The notes below the pieces were generated by a model, which saw nothing but the letters and a program-made list of their open reading frames with translations, searched no databases and was not told the DNA's origin. The position numbers and the translations under genes were made by a program. Below are positions 12,610 to 24,080 of a stretch of DNA of 64,000 nt, in pieces. Numbering within the stretch: the stretch's first letter is position 1; each line of letters opens with the position of its first letter. The stretch covers positions 320,001 to 384,000 of the forward strand of contig CAVQMO010000003.1 in the NCBI GenBank assembly GCA_963713605.1, in the 5' to 3' direction. This DNA is from an uncultured Nitrososphaerales archaeon (lineage in GTDB: Archaea; Thermoproteota; Nitrososphaeria; Nitrososphaerales; Nitrososphaeraceae).

Positions 12610-13131
12610 ATGTGTGTCTTACGTATCGACAAAGGAACTTCATTTGACTATGCACAGCATAGTAGGAGTAAGAGACCACATTATGGGACCATTAGTCATG
12701 GTCAAAAGCAATCGAAATCGGATTATACAGAAGGATCATCAATTTCATCAGAATCCAGTCTAAAAAAAAGAATTATGGTAATAGACGATAACTCTGATAT
12801 TTCACTTACTCTGAAAACGGGTTTAGAAATTAATGATAAAACCTTGCGGATAGATTGTTATGATAATCCGGTAATTGCCTTAATGGAATTTAGGCCCGAT
12901 TTCTATGACCTATTACTTATTGACATTAACATGCCTGTAATGAATGGGTTTGAATTATGCCAGAAACTGTTAGAGAAGGATATCAACGTCAGAGTTTGCT
13001 TTATGACTTCTGGAGAAATAAATATGGATGCAATGAGGGAAGTACATCCATTCAAAAGTATGGGTTGTTTCATTAAGAAGCCCATTACTACAGATGCACT
13101 CGTACAACGAATTAAGGCAGAATTAGAATAG
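12610..13131 (+). CDS. Stand-alone response-regulator receiver (CheY-like)
   Basis: IMVIDD, LLLIDINMPVMNGFEL, FIKKP motifs; true start may be further downstream. Confidence 0.9.
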   Translation: MCVLRIDKGTSFDYAQHSRSKRPHYGTISHGQKQSKSDYTEGSSISSESSLKKRIMVIDDNSDISLTLKTGLEINDKTLRIDCYDNPVIALMEFRPDFYDLLLIDINMPVMNGFELCQKLLEKDINVRVCFMTSGEINMDAMREVHPFKSMGCFIKKPITTDALVQRIKAELE

Positions 13132-13313
13132 ATGCCTCGCAAGGGGACATAGATAGTTATTTTATTTATCCTTCCTTTGTTTTTTGCGCGCAAATTTTTA
13201 ATTCTGTGATTCATTTCATTCGAAGATCGCGCAACTTTTTAAATCTTCGAATTGTCATTTTTATGAATCATGGCCTCTTTTTCTATAGCTTTTCAGATTT
13301 TGTATTACTTTCA

Positions 13314-13574
13314 TTATTCTTTATCCACGTCTTTGATAACGTGTTTACCCTTGAGTTTTTTATTCAAGTCTCTCCTTGCTAGTTCTGCCAACACTTCTTC
13401 AGTCTCTTTTTGCGTTGCAAATCCTGCCCATTCGTAACTCTTTCTTCCTTCATCCCATGTAAGATACCAAAGTCTACCTGTAGCGTCAACATACTCTGTT
13501 TTCCCTTGTAGTTTTAACTCATCTAATATTCTCTTTGGATAAATTATTTCGCCATCATCATTATCATCAGTCAT
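13314..13574 (-). CDS. Hypothetical protein, possibly from a mobile element
   Basis: 86-aa ORF directly downstream of a TOPRIM-like remnant on the same strand. Confidence 0.55.
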   Translation of the reverse strand: MTDDNDDGEIIYPKRILDELKLQGKTEYVDATGRLWYLTWDEGRKSYEWAGFATQKETEEVLAELARRDLNKKLKGKHVIKDVDKE

Positions 13575-13606
13575 TTCTTGCCTTGCCTTTAGATCTCATC
13601 TAGGAA

Positions 13607-13950
13607 CTAAATCTTATCACTTACTATCTTGATGATATCTGACTCTGGAAACTTCTCTAATACCTTCTCATGGATACCCTCATCAAAACAAGCATCTGTA
13701 TGGTCTATCAACAGTTTCTCAAATAAGTCCGGCCTAAATGCATTTAATGCATCTATATCATAGCCTCCGCCTTCATCCGATCTAGGTATACCATATTCCC
13801 TTACCTGCTGCGGTAACGCGGCTATTCTTTCAAATTTAATCCATTTTAGTATTCCAAACTCATTTAGTTGAGTTTTTATCTATTTATCCATATGCTGGCC
13901 ATATTTGTCATCATCACCAAGATACTTTAGATGTACCTTTTCTTCGCTTA
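13607..13950 (-). pseudogene. TOPRIM-domain (TopoVI-A/DUF2399-like) gene remnant
   Basis: Manual translation KVHLKYLGDDDKYGQHMDK*IKTQL...FERIAALPQQVREYGIP...YDIDALNAF; internal stop, no 5' end. Confidence 0.6.
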
Positions 13951-14647
13951 GTCTCACCAGATTTAACGTCTGTATAATACAGTTCCCCCTTTAGTTTTTG
14001 TGCATATCGACAACCCCATCCGTGGTGGGTATTCCTTGAGCCATTGCCTCCAGGAAATCACACCTTTTCATACACAGTTCGAGTCTTTCCAACAAGCGCT
14101 CTCACTTCACCTGGAGTGAACCCTACCTCCTCAGACATTACATATCTGCTAAATGTGACTTAGTTTCGAAGCATATGTTCTGCCTAACTACCTAGTAACG
14201 CATTGCCTGTTGGCCTACCATATATTTCATTGTCACTGGTTCAATAGTAACAAAGTCCTGAATGTGAAAATGATAAGATATCGCTCACGAAATCTCATTT
14301 TATTCCTGTTAACTGTGCTAAAAATTGGGTTTCATAATATGAATGGCTTCGTATCAACAGCAGCTTAAATCTAATTATATATTGGTATGTATCTATGTTT
14401 CCAGAAATTTTAAGCAGTTCCCTACTTTCTATGCCAAGGTATTTCATTAGATATTCAACAATGGTGTGGTCGTATTACATAAATCGTGTCATCGGGCTAT
14501 AACTTAAATATAACTAGTATCGGAATCGGAATTGATACTAGTTATATTTAAGAGTCTATCTTCAAATATGCCGGAAATGTATTGATAGGGTCAATCAAAA
14601 AATAAGAGAATAGATAATTTCCTTCTGATTACGATATAAACAAAAAC

Positions 14648-14893
14648 CTATGTCGTATCTGTTGAACCTGCTACTACCTCTGCGGTAGCGAATCTGCTAC
14701 CCACCGAATTAATCTTAATCTTTACGTTTTTGTCCCCGGCTTTTGCATTTTTTACAAAAATTACCAAACCTGCTATTCTCGTAACACCGTCACCTGTTCT
14801 ACCTGTGTCCGTAATATCTACTGTGTATTCTTTACCTGTTTCTACAGGTTTTGAGAAGCCACTCGTTGTTCTCGTATTCTGTCCGTAACTCAT
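14648..14893 (-). CDS. Stand-alone TRAM-domain RNA-binding protein
   Basis: KPVETGKEYTVDITDTGRTGDGVTRIAGLVIFV...FATAEVV. Confidence 0.92.
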   Translation of the reverse strand: MSYGQNTRTTSGFSKPVETGKEYTVDITDTGRTGDGVTRIAGLVIFVKNAKAGDKNVKIKINSVGSRFATAEVVAGSTDTT

Positions 14894-15803
14894 TAAAAGT
14901 CATAATTAATTAGGCATTATGATAATATGAACTATTGTATTAGTGTATTAATATCTATGCCGCTCTAATGTGTTGTACTTTCTTCTTGTCTCAATGCTAG
15001 TTAGTTTACCATAGTATTAGCCTATGTACCAAATTTCTCTAATGATCCCAATTCCATTCCGTCATCTGTCCAAGATCAATCACCCGCAAAACCAATATTA
15101 CGCAATTATTTGTCTTGTATTACGGCTTTTCGGTGTTCATCTAGAGCTTCAATACGTACTAAAAATAGCACAGCGTTTTCGCATTTCAAAGCTTCACTTG
15201 AGGGCATCTTGGTCTATTTGACATCCCTATATTTAAGCAACTCCTAAGTCAGGTTCGGGACATCGCTTTAGCCGTTGGTTTTTGATATCGATAGTTGTCT
15301 ATGTTACAATTTCACTAATCCATAAGACATGCTTTAGAATGGTTAAATGTTTTTTTGAACATCTGAATGAGAATGGCGCTCTGAACATTACTGTACATAA
15401 TTATTATCATTATTGTTATTATTGTCATAATAGCTCTAGTTTCTATTTCAATTATTCTTTGTAACACCAATTGGAACAGATTATTTTGTCGACATACTGT
15501 ATGCTAAAAAAATTGTGATGAGCTAGCGTAATTGTAATAGCCGTCATATTCGAGCCATCGGGAGACGTGTATACCTATGTTATAAAGATGTAAATACTTA
15601 TTATATCTGATGTACTGTAACTTCCAATAATGGCATACAGTATGGTATATAAGCTCATGGAAAAGAAGCTTTAGAATTAAACAAAATTGCTTTTCAGGAA
15701 CTCTTGAAAATATCTCTTAAGAATAAAAAGTAAAAAGTTGTTTTTCACCAAATATTTTCGAGACTGATTACGGTACGGTTTCCCTTTTAGTTGTTTCTTG
15801 CTA

Positions 15804-16091
15804 TTAATAGCACTGAAACTCCTCCTCTTTCCCTGCAGTCCCATCTATTAGTTTGAGAAGTGGTTCAAAAATCTTCCAAAAGTCTTCACTGCTAACACTA
15901 TTCACCGGAGCGCTGTCAGTCTTTGTATAGTTTGTTTCCAGCCAAGTTACAACTATAGTTTGTTTTTCTGATTTAAAAGAACCGCGATGTGATTGATTAG
16001 TATTATCTTGAGCTGTAGCAAATATAGTTTCATTGACCATAATTCCAATCATACCCATCACCGCTGCTATAATGCGCTTGTTCGTCAACAT
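15804..16091 (-). CDS. Small secreted hypothetical protein
   Basis: Signal-peptide-like N-terminus (FATAQ); VVTWLE and SSEDFWKIFEPLL segments. Confidence 0.55.
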   Translation of the reverse strand: MLTNKRIIAAVMGMIGIMVNETIFATAQDNTNQSHRGSFKSEKQTIVVTWLETNYTKTDSAPVNSVSSEDFWKIFEPLLKLIDGTAGKEEEFQCY

Positions 16092-16169
16092 ACTATTTAG
16101 ATACGATCAGATAGTTATGCCCCTAGAAATGATGGCGTTCCTAATAATTCATTCAATAATACTGAGCAT

Positions 16170-16467
16170 TTAAGCTTTTACTGTACTACTTTGCAACTTA
16201 TCATATCTGAGTTTCATTACCAACAAAGTAATGTTTAGGGCAAAACCTGTAGCATTAGTTCCAATTATGACTGGGTCTGATCTGATAAAACCATATATAA
16301 CCCATAAAAACATCCCACTTGCTATAAGAATCATCAAATGAACAGACACATCAAACATTTTTTTTGTTTTGTAAGCTTTCACTCAGCTGGGGTATGAATG
16401 ATGATAGTACCAAAATACCGGCAATGGTCCCTATGATATCAGCCCATGCAGCAGAATCTTCCATCAT
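16170..16467 (-). CDS. SemiSWEET/PQ-loop transporter, +1 frameshift near 16383
   Basis: MMEDSAAWADIIGTIAGILVLSSFIPQL, one extra A, then VKAYKTKKMFDVS...LWVIYG...PVIIGTN. Confidence 0.85.
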
Positions 16468-17059
16468 AATTCATTGTTACAACATTGGATATAAGAGAAA
16501 TAACTGCCTTAGTTATCGAATGCATAGATCTCATTTATTAATAGGTCAGACTCTCAGATTATTTGATTCTTTCAATTTCTGGTATCTCTTGGATTCTTTC
16601 ATTGAGCACATACATGCCAAGCTAAAAAAACTCTCTAAGTTTGCAGATACCTCTGTCTATTTTCGTTCGTCATTCCCTCTTGAAGTTTCTTGGCATTTGG
16701 TTATGAGATATTTATTATCACGAATAAATTGTCCCACATGAAATGGAAATCTATTTTGAATTTGTTCCATGGTTTAGTTTTTTCTAGACTCAGTGCAGAT
16801 TGTGGAAGACGAAATCGACGGATTATTTTCCAAACCGGTTCCTAATTACTTGATCAAGACGGCAGCTCCTAATTTATCGGCCATTAGATGTTGTGAGAGA
16901 TGAACTCTTTTGTACTGCATTAAGAAAGTGCTTGAGATATCTTGCAAATATTGATCAACCTATTAGAGTTCCTTGCACAGAATTATAACTTTAAATGATG
17001 AACAAATCACCAATTAGAATAAAGCAGCTCGCACATGCTTCTGATGTTGCCCTTTACAT

Positions 17060-18061
17060 TCAAGATCTCTTGATAATTTCGTCTGCAAATACCTCTAGTG
17101 CTTCAATTTCTCTTTGTGGTTCTAAGTCGACAATAAGATATTGGATACCAACATCTTCAAACTCTCTTATCTGATTTAATACTTCCTCCGGTGTACCATA
17201 AATTGCGAATTCTCTTAGCTGCGCCTCTGGCATACCCATGAAAGCCTGTTGTACCCTTTTTTTAGCCGTTCTCCCATCATCATCAATTACTACCACTCCA
17301 AGTTTGGTTTTCAAGATTGAATCATAGTCTCTATCCACACTTTTACAATGGGCTTTCAAAATATCGAGCTTTTTCTTTACTGTTTCAGCTGATCCAAAGA
17401 GGTTGCATGCATCAGCATACTTAGCTACTATCTTCAAGGTTCTTTTCTCACCACTCCCTCCTACGAGTATCGGTGGAGTGGGTTTCTGTATAGGTTTGGG
17501 ATTGCAATAAGCATCATGTATTTGGTAGTATTTGCCTTCAAATGAGGCAGATGACTCTTCTGTCCACATCTTGCGTATTATTTGTAAAGCCTCTTCTAAG
17601 CGAAGTAGTCGCTCCTTGTTAGATGGAAAAGAAATACGAGCGGGTCCTTTGCTATTGCCATTATTATTTGTGCTTTCTCCAATGCCATATGCTAACGATT
17701 CTTCTTCATTCCAAGATGCACCAATCCCCAAAAAGAGTCTTCCCTTGCTCAAAACATCCAGCGTGGCACCAATTTTAGCTAATATGGAAGGATAGCGGTA
17801 TATGACACCTGTTACAAGTGTACCCAATTTTATCCTGGTGGTGATGCCGGCAAGCACAGATATTGTTGTCCAACCTTCAAGCATTGGTTCTTCTGGCTTC
17901 CCAACAACGGAAATCTGATGAAAATGATCCATTACCCAAAAAGAATCAAAACCCTTGTTCTCCGCTTTTGCCACTAGATTACTGAGAGTATCGATAATCC
18001 GTGATGTATTCTGATTGCTGTAGTCATAGCTAAAATTTGGATGTTGTAAGCCAAACTTCAT
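17060..18061 (-). CDS. LLM-class F420-dependent oxidoreductase
   Basis: GFDSFWVMDHF, EGWT, LGTLVTG..YRYP, GGSGEKRTL motifs. Confidence 0.92.
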   Translation of the reverse strand: MKFGLQHPNFSYDYSNQNTSRIIDTLSNLVAKAENKGFDSFWVMDHFHQISVVGKPEEPMLEGWTTISVLAGITTRIKLGTLVTGVIYRYPSILAKIGATLDVLSKGRLFLGIGASWNEEESLAYGIGESTNNNGNSKGPARISFPSNKERLLRLEEALQIIRKMWTEESSASFEGKYYQIHDAYCNPKPIQKPTPPILVGGSGEKRTLKIVAKYADACNLFGSAETVKKKLDILKAHCKSVDRDYDSILKTKLGVVVIDDDGRTAKKRVQQAFMGMPEAQLREFAIYGTPEEVLNQIREFEDVGIQYLIVDLEPQREIEALEVFADEIIKRS

Positions 18062-18291
18062 ATTGGATTCGAAACCTAATACGATTAACTACCTAATAGA
18101 TGTGACTAGAGGAAGAGGAGAGACATTGATAATAATGACGACGAGGAAGATTCCACCCTAGTCACTAATACCAGAGAATTGGTGAATACGGTCCCACCCA
18201 TTCTTATTTTTCCTAAGATTGAACTTGATTTTGGATACCTGTTGGGAGGCGCACATTGCAGATAATTATTCAATAAATGGTAATGACCAAT

Positions 18292-20040
18292 CTATCTGCT
18301 AGACCTTTTAAAAGGCGGTCTCGCAAATATGACTTTCACCGGGTGCCGTATCGCAGGTTGGATCATTACTATTTCGCCTTTGTCCATATGAGCAATATTG
18401 TTTTTGGTTATGTCATCTAGCATTGAATAAGGACTTTTTGACAATTCAGACATTCCTAGTTTCGCGATCATGTGGATTCCTGTATTATCATGCAAAATAG
18501 GATCAACTGCACTTTTAAATTGCTGAGCTGATAAAAGGATGGTATCCCTTGATTTACCAGCTATCAATGTTTTTGTAATCTGTTCTGCTACTGAGGTCCG
18601 TCTGCCCATAGGATAAGCCTGTGGAAGAAAGCGATTTATCTCGTCTATAAATATCAAAAGGTACTTTGGCCGTCTACTCTGTTCTACGCTCCTTGTAATC
18701 TGACCGTCTGCATCATAGACATGTCTAACGTCCTCGAAATTAGAGCGGGAAGAATATAAGTCGTCGATATTTTTCATGACGTCACCGACAACTAAGGATT
18801 GCTCTTCAACAGTAGGAATCATAGCAATATCAATGACGAATACGTCTCCAGCTCTTATTTTTTCTATTTCATTTCCTAAGTAAACGCTGGTCTCTCTTTC
18901 ATCAGTAAACATTGAAGACCTCTTGTACTTCTGCAGTAATCCAGAGAAATGTAGATATGTCGATTTATGAGTTATTATTTCTGAAGGGTAGTCCTTGTAC
19001 TTGACCAGATCTGACCACGATGTTACTGCTACTCCATCTTTATCCTTAAATGGCCATGATTCATAAATATAATTAATTATTGCGGACAGATTGTATCGTG
19101 GATCGTAGGTTTCGGAGGAAAGTAAAAGATCGAGTCTATCATATATGTCATTCAATTCGTAGGAATAGGTATGATAGTTTGAAGGTATGTGAACTGATAT
19201 AGGCTTCCCGTCTATACCTCTGGGAAGGAAATAGGTAACCTTTCTGAATGGATCCGGGGATATTTGTAGGAGATCGTACAATTCCTTATCTCTGTCAGTT
19301 ACAGTTCCCTGTGCCTCATCTATATACAAGAGATCATCTTCACGTGTATTAAAGATTATGATAGCCACTTCGTTCTTCTTTACCAATTTCTGGTATAAGG
19401 AATGTAATAGGAAGAGCAGATAGGACGTTTTCAGATTCCCTGAGATTCCTGATGCGTTGATGTGTGCAGCATCCGGTCCTGCTAAATATGTCATGGCCAT
19501 TGGTATCGCGATTTTATTCCCATTGGTCATTTCTATTACACCAGCCATGACCGGGTCTTCCATTTTTGGGATCCCCAGGGCTAAAAGAATTTCGTCGCTA
19601 TTTGCAAATGTCACCGATGCATTAATTCCAACTGGCATTCTAACTATTAGGCTATTATTTTTATTTCTCCAGTCATCCTGCACTTTATTCTTATTCTGAA
19701 CATTTGCCATAACAGCTACCCTTGCAATCCTTGTTCCGTGAACTTGATAATCTCTACTATTAATCACTGAGCTTTCCGAATCATGAAGATCAGAGGTGGA
19801 TATTATACCTCCATTCGACTTCTGCTTGATGCTGTGAATATTGGATACAGTTCGCAATTCCTTGACGATGCCAATTGTCCGGGTGTTGTAAATATTGTCT
19901 ACACACACAAAATCAAATGGTCCTACAATTACGTTAGGAACAATTGAGAACCAAAATTCGTCCATAGTTATGGGAAATTTCTCTGATTCGACTGTTTTAC
20001 CGATTCTATTACCGAGTTCTACATTCTCATTCTTTGCCAA
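18292..20040 (-). CDS. HerA/FtsK-superfamily ATPase with N-terminal HAS-barrel-like region
   Basis: Variant Walker A HINASGISGNLKTS, Walker B LIFIDEINRF, SAQQF motif. Confidence 0.8.
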   Translation of the reverse strand: MAKNENVELGNRIGKTVESEKFPITMDEFWFSIVPNVIVGPFDFVCVDNIYNTRTIGIVKELRTVSNIHSIKQKSNGGIISTSDLHDSESSVINSRDYQVHGTRIARVAVMANVQNKNKVQDDWRNKNNSLIVRMPVGINASVTFANSDEILLALGIPKMEDPVMAGVIEMTNGNKIAIPMAMTYLAGPDAAHINASGISGNLKTSYLLFLLHSLYQKLVKKNEVAIIIFNTREDDLLYIDEAQGTVTDRDKELYDLLQISPDPFRKVTYFLPRGIDGKPISVHIPSNYHTYSYELNDIYDRLDLLLSSETYDPRYNLSAIINYIYESWPFKDKDGVAVTSWSDLVKYKDYPSEIITHKSTYLHFSGLLQKYKRSSMFTDERETSVYLGNEIEKIRAGDVFVIDIAMIPTVEEQSLVVGDVMKNIDDLYSSRSNFEDVRHVYDADGQITRSVEQSRRPKYLLIFIDEINRFLPQAYPMGRRTSVAEQITKTLIAGKSRDTILLSAQQFKSAVDPILHDNTGIHMIAKLGMSELSKSPYSMLDDITKNNIAHMDKGEIVMIQPAIRHPVKVIFARPPFKRSSR

Positions 20041-20452
20041 CCCTGGTCAAAAACTCAATTATTCATATATATTTATTATGTATAAAGATCCTCTATATAG
20101 TTGATTTAGACCATTATCCAGCCTCTCTCTTGAGCTTATGAGGGACAGATATGACCTTATAATTATCTATTTAAAATAGTACAATACATGGTATCGATGG
20201 ATGACAAGCAATATCCTCATTCCGTGAAATAATAAACTTGATGAGAATCTCTACTGTTATTTAGGATAAAATCTTTTTGAATTGATTTCGCAATATAACT
20301 ACAAAGAGTGCATATTTGGGATGTTCTTAAATTGTTAAGCGGAGGTTACTATGTGATTAATAGATCACATACTACAATGAAAAGACAAACTGTACATTTC
20401 ATAATACCTAAATTTATTCCTCTCACTTTGATTGTTACCATAGAACTGTCAA

Positions 20453-20985
20453 ATGTTTAGGGTAAAGTCACAGAGGCAAATATTGGAATCAGAAATAAAG
20501 CGAGAGGTTGAAATAGAGAATCTTCCAGAAAAGGAGAGACAAGAAATTGAACAAATATACAAATCGAAAGGATTTGAAGTACGATTTGAAGACGGATTTG
20601 AAAGGGTAGTCGATAAAGTAACTTCCAATAAGGGAGTATGGCTTAAGACCATGCTTACTGAGGAACTTGGTCTCAACCTTGAGATACTTGGGAACCCATT
20701 AAAGAGTGCATTAGTAATGTTTGGTTCATTTTTACTTGGTGGAATTCTTCCAAATCTCCCGTACTTTGTGGTTAAGTTTTGGACTCATGCCATCGACGAC
20801 GGCTATTGTAGTAGCAATTTCGATAAGTATTGCTTCCTCTTTCATAGTCGGCGCAGGCCCGTATAGCCCAAATGAGCATCATAAAAGGAGGAATTGAAAT
20901 GGCAGGACTAAGCACCGGAATAGCACTTGTTGGCTATGGGATAGGGACTGAATTAGCCAGATTAGGTATAGTAAATGTACAGTGA
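20453..20985 (+). pseudogene. VIT1/CCC1 family iron transporter fragment
   Basis: ERQEIEQIYKSKGF, MLTEELGL, NPLKSAL..GSFLLGGILP; N-terminus missing, C-terminus frameshifted. Confidence 0.8.
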
Positions 20986-21133
20986 TTTTTCTTTTCTTAT
21001 CCTAGTGCCTCAGGGAATCTCTACTGCGTTTAGACAGGCTGCAATAAATCAAATAAAGCATCAAGTTTAATTTGAGAGGAAGCTCACGATTTACGAATGC
21101 TCTTATGAAAGCAGGTGAGATCAATGATGTACC

Positions 21134-21271
21134 ATGAAAGAAATCATAGTGTCAGTATCAGATGAACTATACGAGGCAATTGAATATGAAAGAGATTCGC
21201 GCAAACTAAGAACTGTGTCTGAAATGGTAAGAGTAATACTTACTGAATATTTCAGGGATAAGATTGATTAG
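21134..21271 (+). CDS. Ribbon-helix-helix (CopG-like) microprotein, 45 aa
   Basis: MKEIIVSVSDELYEAIEYERDSRKLRTVSEMVRVILTEYFRDKID; below ORF-track cutoff. Confidence 0.75.
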   Translation: MKEIIVSVSDELYEAIEYERDSRKLRTVSEMVRVILTEYFRDKID

Positions 21272-21528
21272 AGTCGTTGGATATCGACACAGAATTGGAA
21301 TTAAATCTATCATATCAAATTTACTTAACCGTCATCCATTGCTGTTCTTCATAATAAATGGAATAGCATCAATTATTTCCAGATGAGTTGGTGTCTTTCT
21401 ATTCTCGTCATTCTATCTCCCATCTGAATTCAATAATAATAGAATTCTAAACTTAAGTGTTTATGATTATTGGTCCTATTTTGATAGTTGGATAGACAAC
21501 TATAACTATAAGGCTATATGTAGTAGAC

Positions 21529-22050
21529 ATGTCAGCAATGAGTGAATCATCATCAAATGAGGCACATCCAACTGAGATAATATTAGCTAGGTGGATTGAA
21601 AGATTCGTTGCTTGGCTTATAGACTTTGTGATCGTTTCAATCGGTCTAGCAATTCTGTTTGCCCTTTTGTCTATTCCGTTTTGGTTCTATTATGCATCAG
21701 AAGATGTAGAAGAGCAGTTTAAAGGACCACAACCTTACCACTATCTAATATCAAGCATAGTGTTCTTTTTATACTGGACGTATTTTGAATCAACAACAGG
21801 GCAATCACTTGGAAAAAAGGTAATGAAATTAAAGACAACAAATCTAGATGGAACTGTTGCAGAAGGAAAAAAGGTGGCCCTTTCAGCTTTTGGAAAGGCA
21901 TTCCTTCTTCCTTTCGACGTAATTCTGGGGTGGATATTTACAAATGAAAGACGGCAGAGGATATTTAATAGAGTAGGTAATACTATAGTAATTAAAGTAA
22001 AAACAGAGTCAAAGTCTACGGATAGCAATATTAGGTATGTCAAGGACTAA
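21529..22050 (+). CDS. RDD family membrane protein
   Basis: ERFVAWLIDF, GQSLGKKVMKLK, RQRIF motifs. Confidence 0.9.
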   Translation: MSAMSESSSNEAHPTEIILARWIERFVAWLIDFVIVSIGLAILFALLSIPFWFYYASEDVEEQFKGPQPYHYLISSIVFFLYWTYFESTTGQSLGKKVMKLKTTNLDGTVAEGKKVALSAFGKAFLLPFDVILGWIFTNERRQRIFNRVGNTIVIKVKTESKSTDSNIRYVKD

Positions 22051-22143
22051 TACAATAATCGTAATTTCTAGTTTTATCCAATGTACCAAATTCTAAGATG
22101 CGCATGATAAAGTCATCCTTCTATGTTTTATTGATGATAAAAA

Positions 22144-22280
22144 TGGTGAACGGAATACCAGGAAGGCTTGTAGAAATGGATGAAAAAGTAAAGTTCCTCC
22201 AACAAATCGAGCAAGATGTTGGACCAATTATGCTCCTTGCGGTACAAGGTATGCGGTGGTATGCTTTTTTTCTGAATTGA
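22144..22280 (+). pseudogene. N-terminal remnant of an antibiotic-biosynthesis-monooxygenase-like gene
   Basis: LVEMDEKVKFLQQIEQDVGPI resembles the N-terminus of that family (recalled, not searched). Confidence 0.4.
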
Positions 22281-22411
22281 TAAAATATACCAGTCACATA
22301 AATGTGATAACAATTCGCCAGAAGTTATTCTTAGGATAAGGAAGAAGTTAAAGGAAAGCAGAGAGGGTTGGCCTACATAGCAGATAATAAGATGTTGTAA
22401 AAGAAACACCT

Positions 22412-23406
22412 ATGCGCTCAGTTCAAGTTTCTAAAGCTAATGGCCCCCTTGAAATTGTGGAAAGAGATATTCCTGAACCTGGCGCTAGACAAGTTCGTAT
22501 CAAAGTACAAGCATGCGGTGTGTTACTAAAGAAGGATTATTTCAAGGCATCCAGTATCCGAGTTCCTGGCCATGAGATTGCCGGGCTTATAGACGAGGTA
22601 GGCAAAGACGTCTCTCAATGGGAACAAGGGTAGAGAGTAGCTGTTGGTTGGCATGGAGGTCATTGTGATCATTGCGAATTTTGCAGGCGCGGAGATTTTA
22701 CCACTTGTAAATACGCCCAGGTACCAGGAATTTCATACGATGGTGGCTATGCAGATTATATGGTTACACCTATCGAAACTCTAGCATCAATCCCTGAGCA
22801 GCTTTCACCTACAGAAGCTGCGCCTCTTATGTGTGCTGGTATCACTACATTCAATGCTCTTCGAAATAGTGGAGCACGTGCAGGCGATGTAGTCGCTATT
22901 TTTGGAATGGGAGGGCTTGGACATCTTGGAATTCAGTTTGCTGCCAAGATGGGTTTCAATACTGTCGCCATTGGGAGAGCAAGGGACAAGGAAGAGGAAT
23001 TGATGAAGAATTTGGGGGCAAGGCAATACATTGATAACAGGTCACAGAACGCCGTCGAAGAACTTAACAAGCTGGGAGGAGCTAAAGTGATACTTGCAAC
23101 CGTTCCAAGTGGAAAGGCGATGACTGAAATCCTTGGAGGTCTTGAGCCAATGGGAAGCTTGTCGTAATTGGAGGATCTGATGAGCCAATTCAAGTGCCTC
23201 CATTTCTAATGATATTATGGCGTCGATCAGTGATAGGCTGGCCATCTGGTACGTCAATCGACTCGCAAGACGCACTCTCATTTAGTGTACTCTCTGGTGT
23301 AAGGTCTATGAATGAAGTCTTTCCGTTGGAGCGCGCTGCAGAGGCATTTGATCTTATGATGAGTGGTAAAGCTAGGTTTAGATGTGTACTTACGACTGGA
23401 AACTAG
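22412..23406 (+). pseudogene. Zn-dependent alcohol dehydrogenase (MDR) pseudogene
   Basis: VPGHE, CDHCEFCRRG, APLMCAGIT, GMGGLGH motifs; deletion near 22520, in-frame stop at 22631, frameshift near 23143. Confidence 0.9.
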
Positions 23407-23491
23407 CAATTACCTTGACACTAACCTGTTTCTACAAGTACAAACTACGAAGTGTAGGAATGTGTTAGAGAAGATGAGAAACTGAAGAATC

Positions 23492-23825
23492 ATGTCGAAA
23501 TTTGCAACGCCTGAAGACTTACTCAATTCACAAGTAATAGAATTCAAAGTAAAGGAAATATAGACCTCTTAATGACACTTTATGAGAAAGATGCTTGTTT
23601 TGCCTCTCAGCCGGGACAAGTTGTCAAGGATCAAGAACGTATACGCAGGGCAATTCAGGATATCATTGACATGGGGGTAAGTTAGAGGCAAGAGTCAAGA
23701 GAGTACTTTATGCGAACGATCTTGCTCTTCTAATTACGGAATGGTCGATCAATGGAGCCGAACCTGATGTTAAACCAATTCATCATACTGGCAAAGGCAC
23801 TATTGTTTTTCGTCGAGAATTCTGA
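23492..23825 (+). pseudogene. Decayed paralog of the YybH/SnoaL gene at 7273
   Basis: MSKFATPEDLLNSQV...LMTLYEKDACFASQPGQ...DLALLITEWSI, with frameshifts and 3' truncation. Confidence 0.85.
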
Positions 23826-23889
23826 AGTCTTTCGCACTTGGCAACCTCTCCTGGATCTACTGATGAAGTTGCAATCTGGTCTCTATCAA

Positions 23890-24080
23890 CAAGCGATGGA
23901 TGGTTAGAACAGAGGAAGTGACCAAGCCTTCGCCGCCCCATTTGCAGTAGACGGTGATTTTGTTGGTTTCGATGGCATGCATCTTAAGGGACGCCAAGAA
24001 ATTATCACGTTTCATCAACAGCTTATTAATACACACCTCAAAGTCACTCGCTTGGTTGGCAAGGTTCGGAGTGTGCTTTG
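23890..24080 (+). pseudogene. SgcJ/EcaC (DUF4440-like) fragment
   Basis: AFAAPFAVDGDFVGFDGMHLKGRQEIITFHQQL...LVGKVRSV. Confidence 0.7.

Noticed and set aside
18292..20040. Complete HerA-NurA or SIR2-HerA defence system
   Set aside because: No partner nuclease or effector gene is adjacent
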